From contig JBEPZZ010000004.1 in NCBI GenBank assembly GCA_041640575.1, positions 5,392 through 69,391 on the forward strand: DNA of 64,000 nucleotides. The letters run 5' to 3'. This DNA comes from Pseudothermotoga sp. GTDB lineage: Bacteria; Thermotogota; Thermotogae; Thermotogales; DSM-5069. The position numbers and the translations under genes were made by a program. Below are positions 50,596-60,843 of this stretch, piece by piece (within the stretch, counting starts at the first letter, position 1; each line of letters opens with the position of its first letter). Below the pieces are notes generated by a model. It was not told where the DNA came from and did not search any database. It was given only the letters and a program-made list of their open reading frames with translations.

Positions 50596-52689
50596 TCATG
50601 AACTCGAAGTTTCATTTAGAATTTCTAGCATTATTCTTACAACCTGTGGATCGAATTGACTACCAGAACACCTAAGAAGTTCTTGCTTGGCTTCTTCTAA
50701 CGTAAAGGCTTTTCTATAAGGTCTATCTGTTGTCATCGCGTCGAAACTATCAGCAACACATATAATTCGAGAAAGAATAGGAATTGTTTCGCCACTCAAA
50801 CCATCGGGATAACCTTTTCCATCAAACCTTTCATGATGATGCCTTACTATAGCAGCAATTTCTGGCAGATCTGCAGCTATCAGCCATTCATACCCTTTTA
50901 TACTGTGAAGCTTCACCAATTGATATTCTTCGGGAGTCAAAATACCATTCTTGTTCAAAACATGCTGTGGCACATAAATTTTGCCGATATCATGCACCAG
51001 GGCGGCCCAGTAGATTCTCTTAATATCTTCATTCGCCAGGCCCATTCTTTCGGCTATCATTGAGGAATAACGGGCAACATTCTCAGAATGTCCCTTGGTG
51101 TAATAGTCATAACTTTCTAGTGCTTTCACAGCAAAAAGAATCAGTCTTTTGTGAAAGATTCCTTCTTCTTTCACATAGTTTCTAAAGGCTGAAAGATGCG
51201 CAACCAGCTCACCTAATCTTTCTATCACCTTCTTTACGAAATTGCTTATATGAGGAACTAAGATAAAAAGATAACCAAAATCTTCCTTGCCATTTGACAA
51301 ATTTGCATATATAAACTCGTTCTCTGTGAATGTGTTTAAATCAAAATGATTCCTCAGCAGACTAACCAAATCTTGTTCATCGTAGATCTCGGCAAAACGA
51401 GTGTCGGTATCTAAATAGCTGCATTTGGAATCCTCGCCCTTTAGGTTTGCGCACAAAATTATTGGTGGGCCCTTTAATAACATTCCAACAAGCTTTGCAT
51501 CGCTTACCAGAGATCGAACCACAGTTAATACTCTATGGGCAAACTCTTTTTCACTGGAAGTTCTTGCGAGCAAATCTGAGAAAATTTTGAGCATGTCAAA
51601 AATCGAGTTTTGCAAAAGCGCATTTTCGACATTAATCGACTCTAGTTCTTCATTTTTACGTGCTAATTCTTCGTTCAAAGCATTCAATTCTTGATTCTGA
51701 GCATTCAGTTCCTGGTTCATTGCTTCCAGTTCTTCATTGTTAGCCGTAAGTTGTTCGTTCATTGCTCTAACCTCTTCGTGAGCCGCTTTCAGTTCTTCAT
51801 TAGCTTTCACAAGCTGAAGCGTTCGTTGGTTAAGAAGCTTCTTTAGATAATAATTAAATAAGGACAAGATAACCAAAAATAATAAAACGCCAATCGCAGA
51901 AATTAAGCCAACCCAAAGAATCCACGGTGGAATGCGAAATGCCATGGGTATGAAAAGTGATGTTATTTTCTCTAGTTCCGACTTATCAATTTCCTTCAAA
52001 GTTTTGTTCACCAAATCAGCTAAGTTCTTGTTTGCAATGTAAAACGCGAAGTGAAGATCTTTGGTCTGCAGCGAAATGGATTCAAAACGGTAAAATAAAT
52101 CGTATTTGATAAGGTAGTACCTCGCCGTGTAATCTTCCATAACAAAAACATTAATTTCGTTGTTTCGAACTGCCTTTATCAAAGTTTCAAAATCATCATA
52201 GTAAACGACATGTGCCTTTGGATAAGAACTTTGGAGTATCCCAACGGAAGCATCCCCTCGAACAGCTCCTACAACGTATGCAGAAATGTCATTTTTGTTT
52301 TTCAATCCTGTATCTTGCCTATAATAAAGATTCACTGTGACGGAGAAGATTGGATCAGAGAATAAAAGATACTTTTGTCGTTCACTGGTTTTGAATATGA
52401 GATTGATCATATCTGCTTCGCCTTTTTCAACTTTTTCCAACGCAACGTAAAATGGTAGAACTTCGATTTTAAACTCAAGACCCGTCTTTTTCATAAGCAG
52501 TTTTATTACCTCAACACTAATACCGACAGGTTCTCCTTGTTCATCCAACCATATAAAAGGTGGGTAAAAATCGCCAGTGACAACTTTCACGGTTTTTTTA
52601 AGACCAGGAATAAATTCCGCACTGGATGCAAAATTAATAGAGCATAGTAATAACGAGAGCAATAAAATCGTAAATTGTTTCAAACTCAT
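50596..52689 (-). CDS. Membrane HD-GYP c-di-GMP phosphodiesterase with periplasmic amino-acid-binding (SBP family 3) domain
   Basis: GDFYPPF SBP motif, one TM helix, heptad coiled coil, YTKGHS, HDIGK, HHERFDGKGYPDGL, ADSFDAMTTDRPYR. Confidence 0.88.
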   Translation of the reverse strand: MSLKQFTILLLSLLLCSINFASSAEFIPGLKKTVKVVTGDFYPPFIWLDEQGEPVGISVEVIKLLMKKTGLEFKIEVLPFYVALEKVEKGEADMINLIFKTSERQKYLLFSDPIFSVTVNLYYRQDTGLKNKNDISAYVVGAVRGDASVGILQSSYPKAHVVYYDDFETLIKAVRNNEINVFVMEDYTARYYLIKYDLFYRFESISLQTKDLHFAFYIANKNLADLVNKTLKEIDKSELEKITSLFIPMAFRIPPWILWVGLISAIGVLLFLVILSLFNYYLKKLLNQRTLQLVKANEELKAAHEEVRAMNEQLTANNEELEAMNQELNAQNQELNALNEELARKNEELESINVENALLQNSIFDMLKIFSDLLARTSSEKEFAHRVLTVVRSLVSDAKLVGMLLKGPPIILCANLKGEDSKCSYLDTDTRFAEIYDEQDLVSLLRNHFDLNTFTENEFIYANLSNGKEDFGYLFILVPHISNFVKKVIERLGELVAHLSAFRNYVKEEGIFHKRLILFAVKALESYDYYTKGHSENVARYSSMIAERMGLANEDIKRIYWAALVHDIGKIYVPQHVLNKNGILTPEEYQLVKLHSIKGYEWLIAADLPEIAAIVRHHHERFDGKGYPDGLSGETIPILSRIICVADSFDAMTTDRPYRKAFTLEEAKQELLRCSGSQFDPQVVRIMLEILNETSSS
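51622..51804 (-). repeat. 21-bp (heptad) intragenic repeat encoding N-E-E-L-type units
   Basis: AGTTCTTCATT-like units at 51644, 51665, 51686, 51707, 51728, 51749, 51770 and 51791. Confidence 0.7.
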
Positions 52690-52770
52690 TCTATATTTTG
52701 GACTCAGAGGGTGTCCCCCCAAGATAGTTTGATTTTTTTAACTCGTTCTAATTATACTACAACGTAATGT

Positions 52771-52779
52771 TGATATAAT
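52771..52779 (+). promoter_or_regulatory. Extended -10 promoter for proS-ftsY
   Basis: TGATATAAT (TGnTATAAT), 29 nt upstream of the proS ATG. Confidence 0.5.
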
Positions 52780-52807
52780 GATTAAGATAAAAATGGAGGT
52801 GTTGTTG

Positions 52808-54532
52808 ATGAGATTTAGCCAACTTTATGCGCCTACTTTGAAAGAAGCTCCAAGTGATGCGGAGGTTATAAGCCATGCTTTGCTTTACAGAGCGGGGTTT
52901 ATAAGAAAAGCCTCGGCTGGAATTTATAATTTTCTGCCATTGGGTAAGAGGACTCTATCAAAGATCGAGAAAATTGTCAGGGAAGAAATGGACAAAATTG
53001 GAGCGCAAGAGGTTTCGATGCCTATCATTCAACCGGCAGAGCTTTGGCAGATAACAGGAAGATGGGATGACTACGGTCCAGAAATGATGAAACTCAAAGA
53101 CAGACATAGTAGAGATTTCACACTTGGCCCTACCCACGAAGAAATGGTTACATTCCTGATAAAGGACGAACTTCGTTCTTACAAACAGTTACCAGTTTTT
53201 CTATACCAAATAGGTTTGAAATACAGAGATGAAATTCGCCCAAGATTTGGTTTGCTTCGTGCGAGAGAATTCATAATGAAGGATGGATACAGTTTTCATA
53301 GCAATAACGAATCTTTGAACGAGACATACGAAGCTTGCAGACAAGCATACAGTAAGATTGTTGAAAGGATTGGTTTGAAATATACAATCGTTGAAGCTGC
53401 CTCTGGAGCTATTGGTGGGAATGAATCTCACGAATTCGTCAGTTTCGCACCAGTGGGTGAAACAAATCTTTTGAAATGTGAAAAGTGTGGTTATTCTTCG
53501 AACGATGAGCAAGCTCCATATAAGGGGGAATATGAGAAATACAGCGAGGGTGAGAAACCTCTTTCACTTGTTCACACACCCGCTGTTCGCACAGTTGAAC
53601 AAGTTGCAGATTTCCTTGGAGTAAAGCCATCAAGGATTGTCAAATCGCTGTTGTTCGTTGGAAGAAATGGGTTCGTGATGGCTTTGATTCAAGGAGATAA
53701 AGAATTAAATGTCGAAAAGCTTAAGGTTCATATGCAAGATCAGTCTCTAAGGCTTGCAGAACCAGAGGAAGTACTGGAAGCTTTCAAAGTACCGATAGGA
53801 TTCATTGGCCCAGTAGGATTGAACAACGTAACAATTGTGGCGGATCACGGTGTGAAGTACATGAAAAATGTCGTTGTAGGAGGAATGAAAACTGATTATC
53901 ACTATACGAATGTAAATCTTGGACGGGACTTTTCTGTACAGTCTTTCTTCGACTTGAGAGTTGTAGAACCAGGTGATCCATGTCCAGTGTGTGGTAGTCA
54001 ACTTACTGGCTCAAAGGGAATTGAACTTGGTCATGTTTTCAAGCTTGGTACAAAGTATTCAAAAGCAATGAATGCTCTGTACATGGACGAAAAGGGTGAA
54101 CTAAAACCTTTTATAATGGGTTGCTACGGTTGGGGAGTTTCAAGGACAATGGCTGCCGTAGTTGAACAGCTAAACGATGAAGATGGAATAATTTGGCCAC
54201 AGTCAATAGCGCCATATGAAGTTGTAATCACAGTTGTCTCAAGCGTTGATAACCAACAAAAGAATTTTGCTGAGAAGCTTTATAAAACATTTAGTGGAAC
54301 ATTTGATGTCATCCTTGATGATCGAGATATTTCACCAGGTATGAAGTTCAAAGATGCTGATTTGATAGGGTTCCCACTGAAAATCACTGTGGGCAAAAGT
54401 CTTGCCCAAGGTTATGTGGAATTGAAACTACGGAACTTGAAGAAACAAGAAAAAGTTCTGGCAGATCCAGAAAAAGTGTTGCAGACTGCAACCAAAATGT
54501 TAGAGGAATACGATCCGCACAAGAAGGTGTGA
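52808..54532 (+). CDS. proS: Proline--tRNA ligase (bacterial type with INS editing domain)
   Basis: [52 protein letters not shown]. Confidence 0.96.
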   Translation: MRFSQLYAPTLKEAPSDAEVISHALLYRAGFIRKASAGIYNFLPLGKRTLSKIEKIVREEMDKIGAQEVSMPIIQPAELWQITGRWDDYGPEMMKLKDRHSRDFTLGPTHEEMVTFLIKDELRSYKQLPVFLYQIGLKYRDEIRPRFGLLRAREFIMKDGYSFHSNNESLNETYEACRQAYSKIVERIGLKYTIVEAASGAIGGNESHEFVSFAPVGETNLLKCEKCGYSSNDEQAPYKGEYEKYSEGEKPLSLVHTPAVRTVEQVADFLGVKPSRIVKSLLFVGRNGFVMALIQGDKELNVEKLKVHMQDQSLRLAEPEEVLEAFKVPIGFIGPVGLNNVTIVADHGVKYMKNVVVGGMKTDYHYTNVNLGRDFSVQSFFDLRVVEPGDPCPVCGSQLTGSKGIELGHVFKLGTKYSKAMNALYMDEKGELKPFIMGCYGWGVSRTMAAVVEQLNDEDGIIWPQSIAPYEVVITVVSSVDNQQKNFAEKLYKTFSGTFDVILDDRDISPGMKFKDADLIGFPLKITVGKSLAQGYVELKLRNLKKQEKVLADPEKVLQTATKMLEEYDPHKKV

Positions 54533-54534
54533 AC

Positions 54535-55419
54535 ATGGGATTTTTTGAAGGACTAAAAGCGAGATTAGAGAAAACAAGAAAGAACCTTTTTGAAAGTTTG
54601 GGTAAGCTTCTTAAGGGAACAAAAGTTGACAAAGAATTACTTGAACAGCTGGAAGAAAAGCTGATAACAGCTGACATTGGTTACGAAACAACCCAGGAAA
54701 TTCTTGAGAAACTTCAAGAAAGACAGAATCGCGATGCTCTTGAAGCTCTTAAAGAAGTTCTTATCGAAATCTTATCCGGTGAGAATAGTTTGCACACTCC
54801 TACAGATAAACCCTTTGTAATAACCGTAGTTGGAGTTAATGGAACTGGTAAAACGACAACTGTAGCAAAACTTGGAGCCTATTTTCAAAACCTTGGCAAG
54901 TCAGTAGTGCTCGCAGCCGCGGATACGTTCAGAGCAGCTGCGATAGAACAATTGCATGAATGGGGGAAAAGAATAAACTGCACAGTCATTTCACACGGCG
55001 AAGGTGCCGACTCAGCAGCTGTTGCCTTTGACGCAGTAAACCATGCAAAATCGAGAAACAAGGATGTAGTTATAATCGATACGGCTGGTCGATTACATAC
55101 AAAGAAGAACTTAATGGAAGAGCTGAAGAAGATTCACAGGGTAATTCAAAGAATTGTTGAGAGTTCTCCGCACGAAGTGCTGCTTGTTGTAGATGCAACA
55201 ACGGGCCAAAACGGGCTTGTTCAGGCGAAAGTTTTCAAGGAAATGGTCAACATTACCGGGATAGTCCTAACTAAACTAGATGGCACAGCCAAAGGTGGTA
55301 TTGCACTATCAATCAAAAAGGAACTCGGTATTCCAATAAAGTTTATTGGAGTAGGAGAAGGTGTTGAAGACCTTAAGCCTTTCAATCCAAAGGAATTTGT
55401 TGAAGCCTTGCTGGACTAA
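54535..55419 (+). CDS. ftsY: SRP receptor
   Basis: GVNGTGKTTT, DTFRAAA, DTAGRLH, TKLDGTAKGG. Confidence 0.96.
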   Translation: MGFFEGLKARLEKTRKNLFESLGKLLKGTKVDKELLEQLEEKLITADIGYETTQEILEKLQERQNRDALEALKEVLIEILSGENSLHTPTDKPFVITVVGVNGTGKTTTVAKLGAYFQNLGKSVVLAAADTFRAAAIEQLHEWGKRINCTVISHGEGADSAAVAFDAVNHAKSRNKDVVIIDTAGRLHTKKNLMEELKKIHRVIQRIVESSPHEVLLVVDATTGQNGLVQAKVFKEMVNITGIVLTKLDGTAKGGIALSIKKELGIPIKFIGVGEGVEDLKPFNPKEFVEALLD

Positions 55420-55482
55420 CCTAACCAACTAAAAATTCAGAGAAAATTAATCCAATTGGCACGGACAAGGATAAACTATGAA

Positions 55483-55491
55483 TGGTATAAT
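55483..55491 (+). promoter_or_regulatory. Extended -10 promoter upstream of the DUF2225 operon
   Basis: TGGTATAAT in the 104-bp intergenic gap, upstream of RBS GGAGGGG. Confidence 0.5.
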
Positions 55492-55523
55492 CTCAAACAG
55501 TAAAAGATTTGGAGGGGTTTTTA

Positions 55524-56186
55524 TTGCCCACATTTTGGAAAAAGTCGTTAACATGTCCAATGTGTACGGCAGAATTTCAAGCAGTACGAGTTTTCACGGA
55601 TGCGGTAAAGATAAAAGATCGTGACAGTGATCTAAAACCAACTTATGAAGGAGTAAATTACAGTTTGTTTCAACCAATAACATGTCCGGTGTGTTTCTAT
55701 TCAACTTTCGAAGACGATTTTTCTAAGGCTCCAAAGCCACAAGAAGCTGAGAAAATAAGAAAATTCTTAGCAAAGATAAGAGAAAGTGTGAAAATAGACC
55801 TGAGTGAAAACAGAACCTTGAAAGATGCTGCATCAATTTATGCGATAACAGCTGCTATTTATACAATACTTGGTAAACCGCTGAAAATCGCAGAAGCATA
55901 CCTGAAACTAGCCTGGATTTATCGTGATATCGCAAACGATGATGAGGAAAGAAAAGCCTTGCAAAATGCTTTGAGATTTTTCTTAGAAAGTTATACAAAA
56001 GAATCTTTATCCGAAGAACAACAAGTTATGGTTTTATTCTACCTTGGTGAAATAAACAGACGACTGGCAAACAAAAAAGAAGCCGTTAAATGGTTTTCTA
56101 AACTTCTGCAGTCTTATGGTAATTCAAGTTCGCCATACGTCAAATTAGCGAGAATGCAGTGGCAGGAGGCCGCTACAGAAAGGTGA
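55524..56186 (+). CDS. DUF2225-family protein (CxxC pairs + TPR-like helices)
   Basis: CPMC, DRDSDLKP, CPVCFYS, YLKLAWIYR, YLGEINRRL; probable TTG start 55524. Confidence 0.78.
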   Translation: MPTFWKKSLTCPMCTAEFQAVRVFTDAVKIKDRDSDLKPTYEGVNYSLFQPITCPVCFYSTFEDDFSKAPKPQEAEKIRKFLAKIRESVKIDLSENRTLKDAASIYAITAAIYTILGKPLKIAEAYLKLAWIYRDIANDDEERKALQNALRFFLESYTKESLSEEQQVMVLFYLGEINRRLANKKEAVKWFSKLLQSYGNSSSPYVKLARMQWQEAATER

Positions 56187-57895
56187 GACCAAAACGATTA
56201 CTTTTCCTAGTCTTGCCGGTTGTTTTAATCTTAAGTTCCTGCATGCAGCCTGACACAAGCTTGCTTGAGAAGGTTAATCGAAGACTTGATGACCTTGAAT
56301 ACAGATTGATGCAGATTGAAAAAAACCAAAATAGTACCAGACAGGATATTCAAAAGCTTCAAGAAGAGGTCGCACGAATAAATAACGAAGTTGCAACTGC
56401 TAAAAGAATGATAGAAACTCAAAGGGAACTTCCAACTGTTTCGCGGGATGATATTGACAGAATCTTGGCACGCCTGAATTCACTAGAAATGAAATACAAC
56501 CAACTTTCAGTTGCTCTAAACATATCAGACATTAGGGAACTCATATATAAGCTTGGAGATCTCGAGGTTTCTCAGAAACAACAGCAACTTAATTATGAAA
56601 AGTTTGTGCGCGACACACAGGCACTTCTTGAACAAGTCAACGCACGTGAAATAGCTCAAAGACTTGACAGCTTGACTAATTCAGTTGCATCAATTAGAAA
56701 CCAGATAGACCAAGCTTTGGAGCTTGAGACAAGACTCAGGACTCTGGAAGCGTCAGTAGAAACTCTGATTATAAAAGCTGATGGTTCGCCTGCAAATCTA
56801 TCAAAAGTTGAAAACGAAATCGGACAGTTAAGATCAAGTGTGAAGGATTTAGAAAGCGTCATTCGCAAAGAAATGGACAAAAGATTTTTCGAATTACAAC
56901 AGCGACTTTCCTCAGGTGGTACAAGTGCAGACCTTCAAAATTACATAGCGAATACAACTGCTCTTGTCAGACAACTAACAAACGAACTTGAGTATTTGAG
57001 AGGATTAGTTAAGGAATACGACAGGGACAAATTTCTTAGACTCGATCAAGGTTACATAAGTTATGTTGTCAAAACCGGTGACACACTGTCAGCAATTGCA
57101 AATGCTTATGGTTTAAAGGGCGAGAAAATTAAACAGCTTATGGAGATAAACCAGATTCAGGATGCAAATCGCTTGCTTGTGGGGCAGAGAATAAAAATCC
57201 CCATTGATGATCCATCTTCATTGTTCAAATATCCGTTGGACATTCAAATAAACCCAAATGATATCCTTTCCACGTATGGCCAACCGTATGGTGGTGGCAT
57301 TAAAACCGGTGTCGAGATTTACGTTGCAACTCCAACCAAAGTTAAAGCCATTCTGCCTGGGAAAGTCGTGAGTATTCTGAAAGATGAGGGATATTGGGTT
57401 CGTGTTGATCATGGAAATGGTATCTTGGCTGTTTATGGAAATCTTTCAACTATAGATGTTTCCCAAGGTCAATGGCTAGGTATCGGACAGTCCATAGGTA
57501 TGGTGAACCGAATCCTTCATTTTGAAATTTGGATAGACGGCGAACCAAGAGACCCACTTAGAATAATTCTCAAGTATCTTGGGCAATTTGAAGCAACCTA
57601 TTATACAGAATGGGAAGATGGAAAACTTCCAGAGCATCCAACTTTCAGGATTACGACGGCAGGTACAGTGCCAAAAAGCTGGTGGACATTGGCTGCTGAT
57701 CCAAATCTTTTGCCGCTTGGTACTATTGTTTACATACCACAATTTTCCGATAAACCAAACAATGGGTTTTTCGTTGTCGAAGATACCGGATTGGCCATTA
57801 AAGGAAGAATTGTGGACATTTATTTGAGTGATCTTGCACAGGCTCGCACAAATATGCGGTCTCTAGTCGATGTATACATTGTTTCCAATCGTTGA
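56183..57895 (+). CDS. Lipoprotein with coiled coil, LysM, degenerate M23 and 3D domains
   Basis: Lipobox LSSC; LysM YVVKTGDTLSAIA; M23-like VRVDHGNG..AVYGNL; 3D motifs LAADP, VEDTG, VDIY. Confidence 0.8.
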   Translation: MRPKRLLFLVLPVVLILSSCMQPDTSLLEKVNRRLDDLEYRLMQIEKNQNSTRQDIQKLQEEVARINNEVATAKRMIETQRELPTVSRDDIDRILARLNSLEMKYNQLSVALNISDIRELIYKLGDLEVSQKQQQLNYEKFVRDTQALLEQVNAREIAQRLDSLTNSVASIRNQIDQALELETRLRTLEASVETLIIKADGSPANLSKVENEIGQLRSSVKDLESVIRKEMDKRFFELQQRLSSGGTSADLQNYIANTTALVRQLTNELEYLRGLVKEYDRDKFLRLDQGYISYVVKTGDTLSAIANAYGLKGEKIKQLMEINQIQDANRLLVGQRIKIPIDDPSSLFKYPLDIQINPNDILSTYGQPYGGGIKTGVEIYVATPTKVKAILPGKVVSILKDEGYWVRVDHGNGILAVYGNLSTIDVSQGQWLGIGQSIGMVNRILHFEIWIDGEPRDPLRIILKYLGQFEATYYTEWEDGKLPEHPTFRITTAGTVPKSWWTLAADPNLLPLGTIVYIPQFSDKPNNGFFVVEDTGLAIKGRIVDIYLSDLAQARTNMRSLVDVYIVSNR

Positions 57896-57915
57896 CAGAA
57901 TGGAGGTGCTAAATT

Positions 57916-58341
57916 GTGGGTATAACAATCAAGAGTGAGTATGCCATGAGGATAATGATGCATCTTGCAGGCTGTGGCCAAAACAATCCTGTTTCACTGA
58001 CAAGCATTTTGAAGGAAGCAAAAGTTCCGAAGGAATTTGCGGAGAAAATTGTATCTGATTTGAGAAAAGCAAAACTTATAGCTTCGGCACGAGGAAGAAA
58101 GGGAGGATATCAGTTAACTAAACCACCGAGTCAAATGACTGTTTTTGAGATCATGGAAGCTGTTGATGAACCACGCAAAATAATCAAATGTAATTTTAAC
58201 GAAGAATGCTGTAGTGATCCGGAAAGCTGTGCGATCAAGAATATTGTTTGGCAAAATCTTTGGAATAGCATCGTTTCGACACTTAAATCAATAAGCCTTC
58301 AGGAACTTGTGAATTATTGCCATCAAGGGGTGGAAAAATGA
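57916..58341 (+). CDS. Rrf2-family transcriptional regulator
   Basis: SEYAMR, SARGRKGGYQL.KPP..MTVFEIMEAVD, C-terminal Cys cluster. Confidence 0.9.
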   Translation: MGITIKSEYAMRIMMHLAGCGQNNPVSLTSILKEAKVPKEFAEKIVSDLRKAKLIASARGRKGGYQLTKPPSQMTVFEIMEAVDEPRKIIKCNFNEECCSDPESCAIKNIVWQNLWNSIVSTLKSISLQELVNYCHQGVEK

Positions 58342-59288
58342 GAAACATAGTTGAAAACATCACCGAAGATTTCTTTGAAATGCTCAGATATGATAAAAAC
58401 GACTGGCTTAACTACTGGAAAAGTTATAGAAATAAATATGAACCTTTAATTGAAAACTACGAGAAACTCTTTAATATTGACGAAGAAATTTTGAAGAAAA
58501 CCTTATTATCTCTTGAACGCCGCTTTCTGGACCGATTTATGCAAAAATGGCACACTGTTCAACGCGAAAATAAGCTTCTCTCTTCACATTTAGTTTCACA
58601 CAAATCAGATTTGTTCCAGCTTGAAAACGAAGATTTCACGATTTTACTTGCTGGACTTTTGGGGATAAGCGATTGGGCTGTTGTGAATGGAAAGAGAGAA
58701 TCAGTTATAATGATAGACATTCTTTCACTTGAAAAAAAGGGAATTTTAGACCAGCTGCCACATGTTGCTTACCAGGCTGCTCTGGGATTTAGACGTGGAG
58801 AGAAATTTGGGAACTTGATCGGTAAAAAGGAAGCTTTTGATAAACTGTTGCCTTTAGTTACCCAAGTAATTGAAGAAAATTCGCTACATAAAGCTATGGA
58901 AAAGATTTGTGAAATCCTTTATGAAAACATATCTTACTACAACTGGGTTGGATTCTACCTTGTTGATGAAAGACAAACAAATGAACTCGTTCTAGGTCCT
59001 TTTAAGGGTGAACCAACTGAACATGTAAGGATTCCTTTTGGAAAAGGTATTTGTGGTCAAGCGGCTGCAACTGGAATGACCTTTGTAGTTCAAGACGTGT
59101 CAAAGGAGACCAACTATCTTTCTTGCAGCCCAAAAGTCAAGTCGGAGATCGTTGTTCCAATCAGAAAGGATGAAAGAATCCTTGGTGAACTTGATATCGA
59201 CAGCCATCTTCTTAGACCGTTCGATGAGGCAGATGAAATGTTCTTAAATAAAATTTGCGAAAAACTTTCCAAAAAGGTGGAGGAGTGA
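58338..59288 (+). CDS. Protein with unknown N-terminal domain and C-terminal MsrC/YebR-like GAF domain
   Basis: YNWVGFYL, LGPFKG, GKGICG, NYLSC, SEIVVPI, LDIDS. Confidence 0.8.
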   Translation: MRNIVENITEDFFEMLRYDKNDWLNYWKSYRNKYEPLIENYEKLFNIDEEILKKTLLSLERRFLDRFMQKWHTVQRENKLLSSHLVSHKSDLFQLENEDFTILLAGLLGISDWAVVNGKRESVIMIDILSLEKKGILDQLPHVAYQAALGFRRGEKFGNLIGKKEAFDKLLPLVTQVIEENSLHKAMEKICEILYENISYYNWVGFYLVDERQTNELVLGPFKGEPTEHVRIPFGKGICGQAAATGMTFVVQDVSKETNYLSCSPKVKSEIVVPIRKDERILGELDIDSHLLRPFDEADEMFLNKICEKLSKKVEE

Positions 59289-59293
59289 TTGGT

Positions 59294-60424
59294 GTGGAGA
59301 TAACAGATGTAGTTCGCAAAAGTGCGCGGAGTTTCGAAACACCGTTTTTGATAATGGATCTGAATATTGTCGAAGAGAATTACAGAAGGCTTCAAAACGC
59401 CATCCCGGGTTGTAAGATTTTCTATGCCGTCAAAGCGAACAGCCATCCGAGGATCATTGAGAGACTCAGAGATTTAGGAAGCAATTTTGATGTCGCTTCC
59501 ATAGGTGAAATTAAAAAGCTTCTAGGCCTTGGAATAACACCAAATAGAATGATCTTCGCCAACCCCATGAAAAAAGAGAAAGACATAGTTGAAGCTTACA
59601 AAATTGGTATAAACCTTTTCGTTGGAGACTCACCAATGGAACTTGAGAAAATTGCTACTAACGCACCAGGTTCGCAGATCATTGTTCGTGTTGCAGTGGA
59701 AAATAAGCATAGCGATTGGCCTTTATCAAGAAAATTCGGAGCAGATCTTTTAGTGGCTGTTGATTTACTTGGATACGCCCAGAAGTTGAATCTCAAGCCC
59801 GTTGGTGTCAGTTTTCATGTTGGTTCTCAAAATTACGATCCACACAGCTGGTCAAACGCTATTGAAAGCGTTGCGAAAGTCTTTTATTGGGCAGAGAGAA
59901 ATTTCAACATTAAGCTCCACGTCCTGGATGTTGGTGGAGGAATACCTGTAAAGCACCTGAAACCAATTCCAACAGTTGAAGAAATCGGAGCAACAATTAT
60001 GCAGTCTGTAAACGAATATCTTCCTCACGTTAAAGATTTAACCATCTTTGCTGAACCTGGTAGATCAATGGTTGGAAACGCTGGCATATTGGTCAGCAAA
60101 GTTATCTTAAGATGCCAAAGAGGAAGCGAAGAATGGATTTACCTAGATACCGGAGTATTCCATGGACTTATGGAAACCATTGAAAATTTCAGATATGAAC
60201 TCGTTGTTGAAGGAAAAGAAAATGAAAAGAAGATACCCTTTGTCCTTGCTGGTCCAACGTGCGATAGTGTAGACAAAATATACGATGATGCAATGCTTCC
60301 GTACAATATTACCCTTGACGATATTGTATATTTCATTAATTCCGGTGCTTATACCGTTGAGTACGGTACTAACTTCAACGGAATACCTTCGCCAAAAGTA
60401 TATTTCGTTCAGGATTTAGAGTAA
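59294..60424 (+). CDS. Fold-type III PLP-dependent ornithine/lysine decarboxylase
   Basis: FYAVKAN, FDVASIGE, SFHVGSQ, LDVGGG, AEPGR, GPTCDSVD, GAYT; start GTG 59294 (59285 also possible). Confidence 0.9.
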   Translation: MEITDVVRKSARSFETPFLIMDLNIVEENYRRLQNAIPGCKIFYAVKANSHPRIIERLRDLGSNFDVASIGEIKKLLGLGITPNRMIFANPMKKEKDIVEAYKIGINLFVGDSPMELEKIATNAPGSQIIVRVAVENKHSDWPLSRKFGADLLVAVDLLGYAQKLNLKPVGVSFHVGSQNYDPHSWSNAIESVAKVFYWAERNFNIKLHVLDVGGGIPVKHLKPIPTVEEIGATIMQSVNEYLPHVKDLTIFAEPGRSMVGNAGILVSKVILRCQRGSEEWIYLDTGVFHGLMETIENFRYELVVEGKENEKKIPFVLAGPTCDSVDKIYDDAMLPYNITLDDIVYFINSGAYTVEYGTNFNGIPSPKVYFVQDLE

Positions 60425-60433
60425 ATCGTATCC

Positions 60434-60829
60434 TCAGCCTTGGACAATCTGGATGTACACCATTCTCGATCTTGGGCCATCAAATTCACAAAGAAAGATT
60501 TTTTGCCAGGTTCCAAGGCTGAGTTTTCCGTTTGAAACAGGTAAAGAAACTGAATTTCCCACCAAAGAAGCCTTTATGTGAGCGTCGGAATTACCTTCGG
60601 AATGTCTGTATTTGTCGCGCATAGGTACTAATTGAGCCAATTTCTCAAGTATATCAACTTTAACAGAATCATCATAACCCTCATTGATCGTGATTCCAGC
60701 AGTTGTATGTGGAATAAAAACAAGGCAGATGCCTTCTTTAACACCGGATTGATCAACTACTCTTTGTATAGGTTCAGTTATATCGACAAATTGTTCTCGT
60801 TCAGAAGTCCTAACACTCAACATTTTCAC
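60434..60829 (-). CDS. yjbQ: YjbQ/UPF0047-family protein
   Basis: PHTTAGITINE, HSEGNSDAHIKASL, LGTWQKIFLCEFDGPR. Confidence 0.92.
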   Translation of the reverse strand: MKMLSVRTSEREQFVDITEPIQRVVDQSGVKEGICLVFIPHTTAGITINEGYDDSVKVDILEKLAQLVPMRDKYRHSEGNSDAHIKASLVGNSVSLPVSNGKLSLGTWQKIFLCEFDGPRSRMVYIQIVQG

Positions 60830-60843
60830 AGCTTGTTCCCTCT

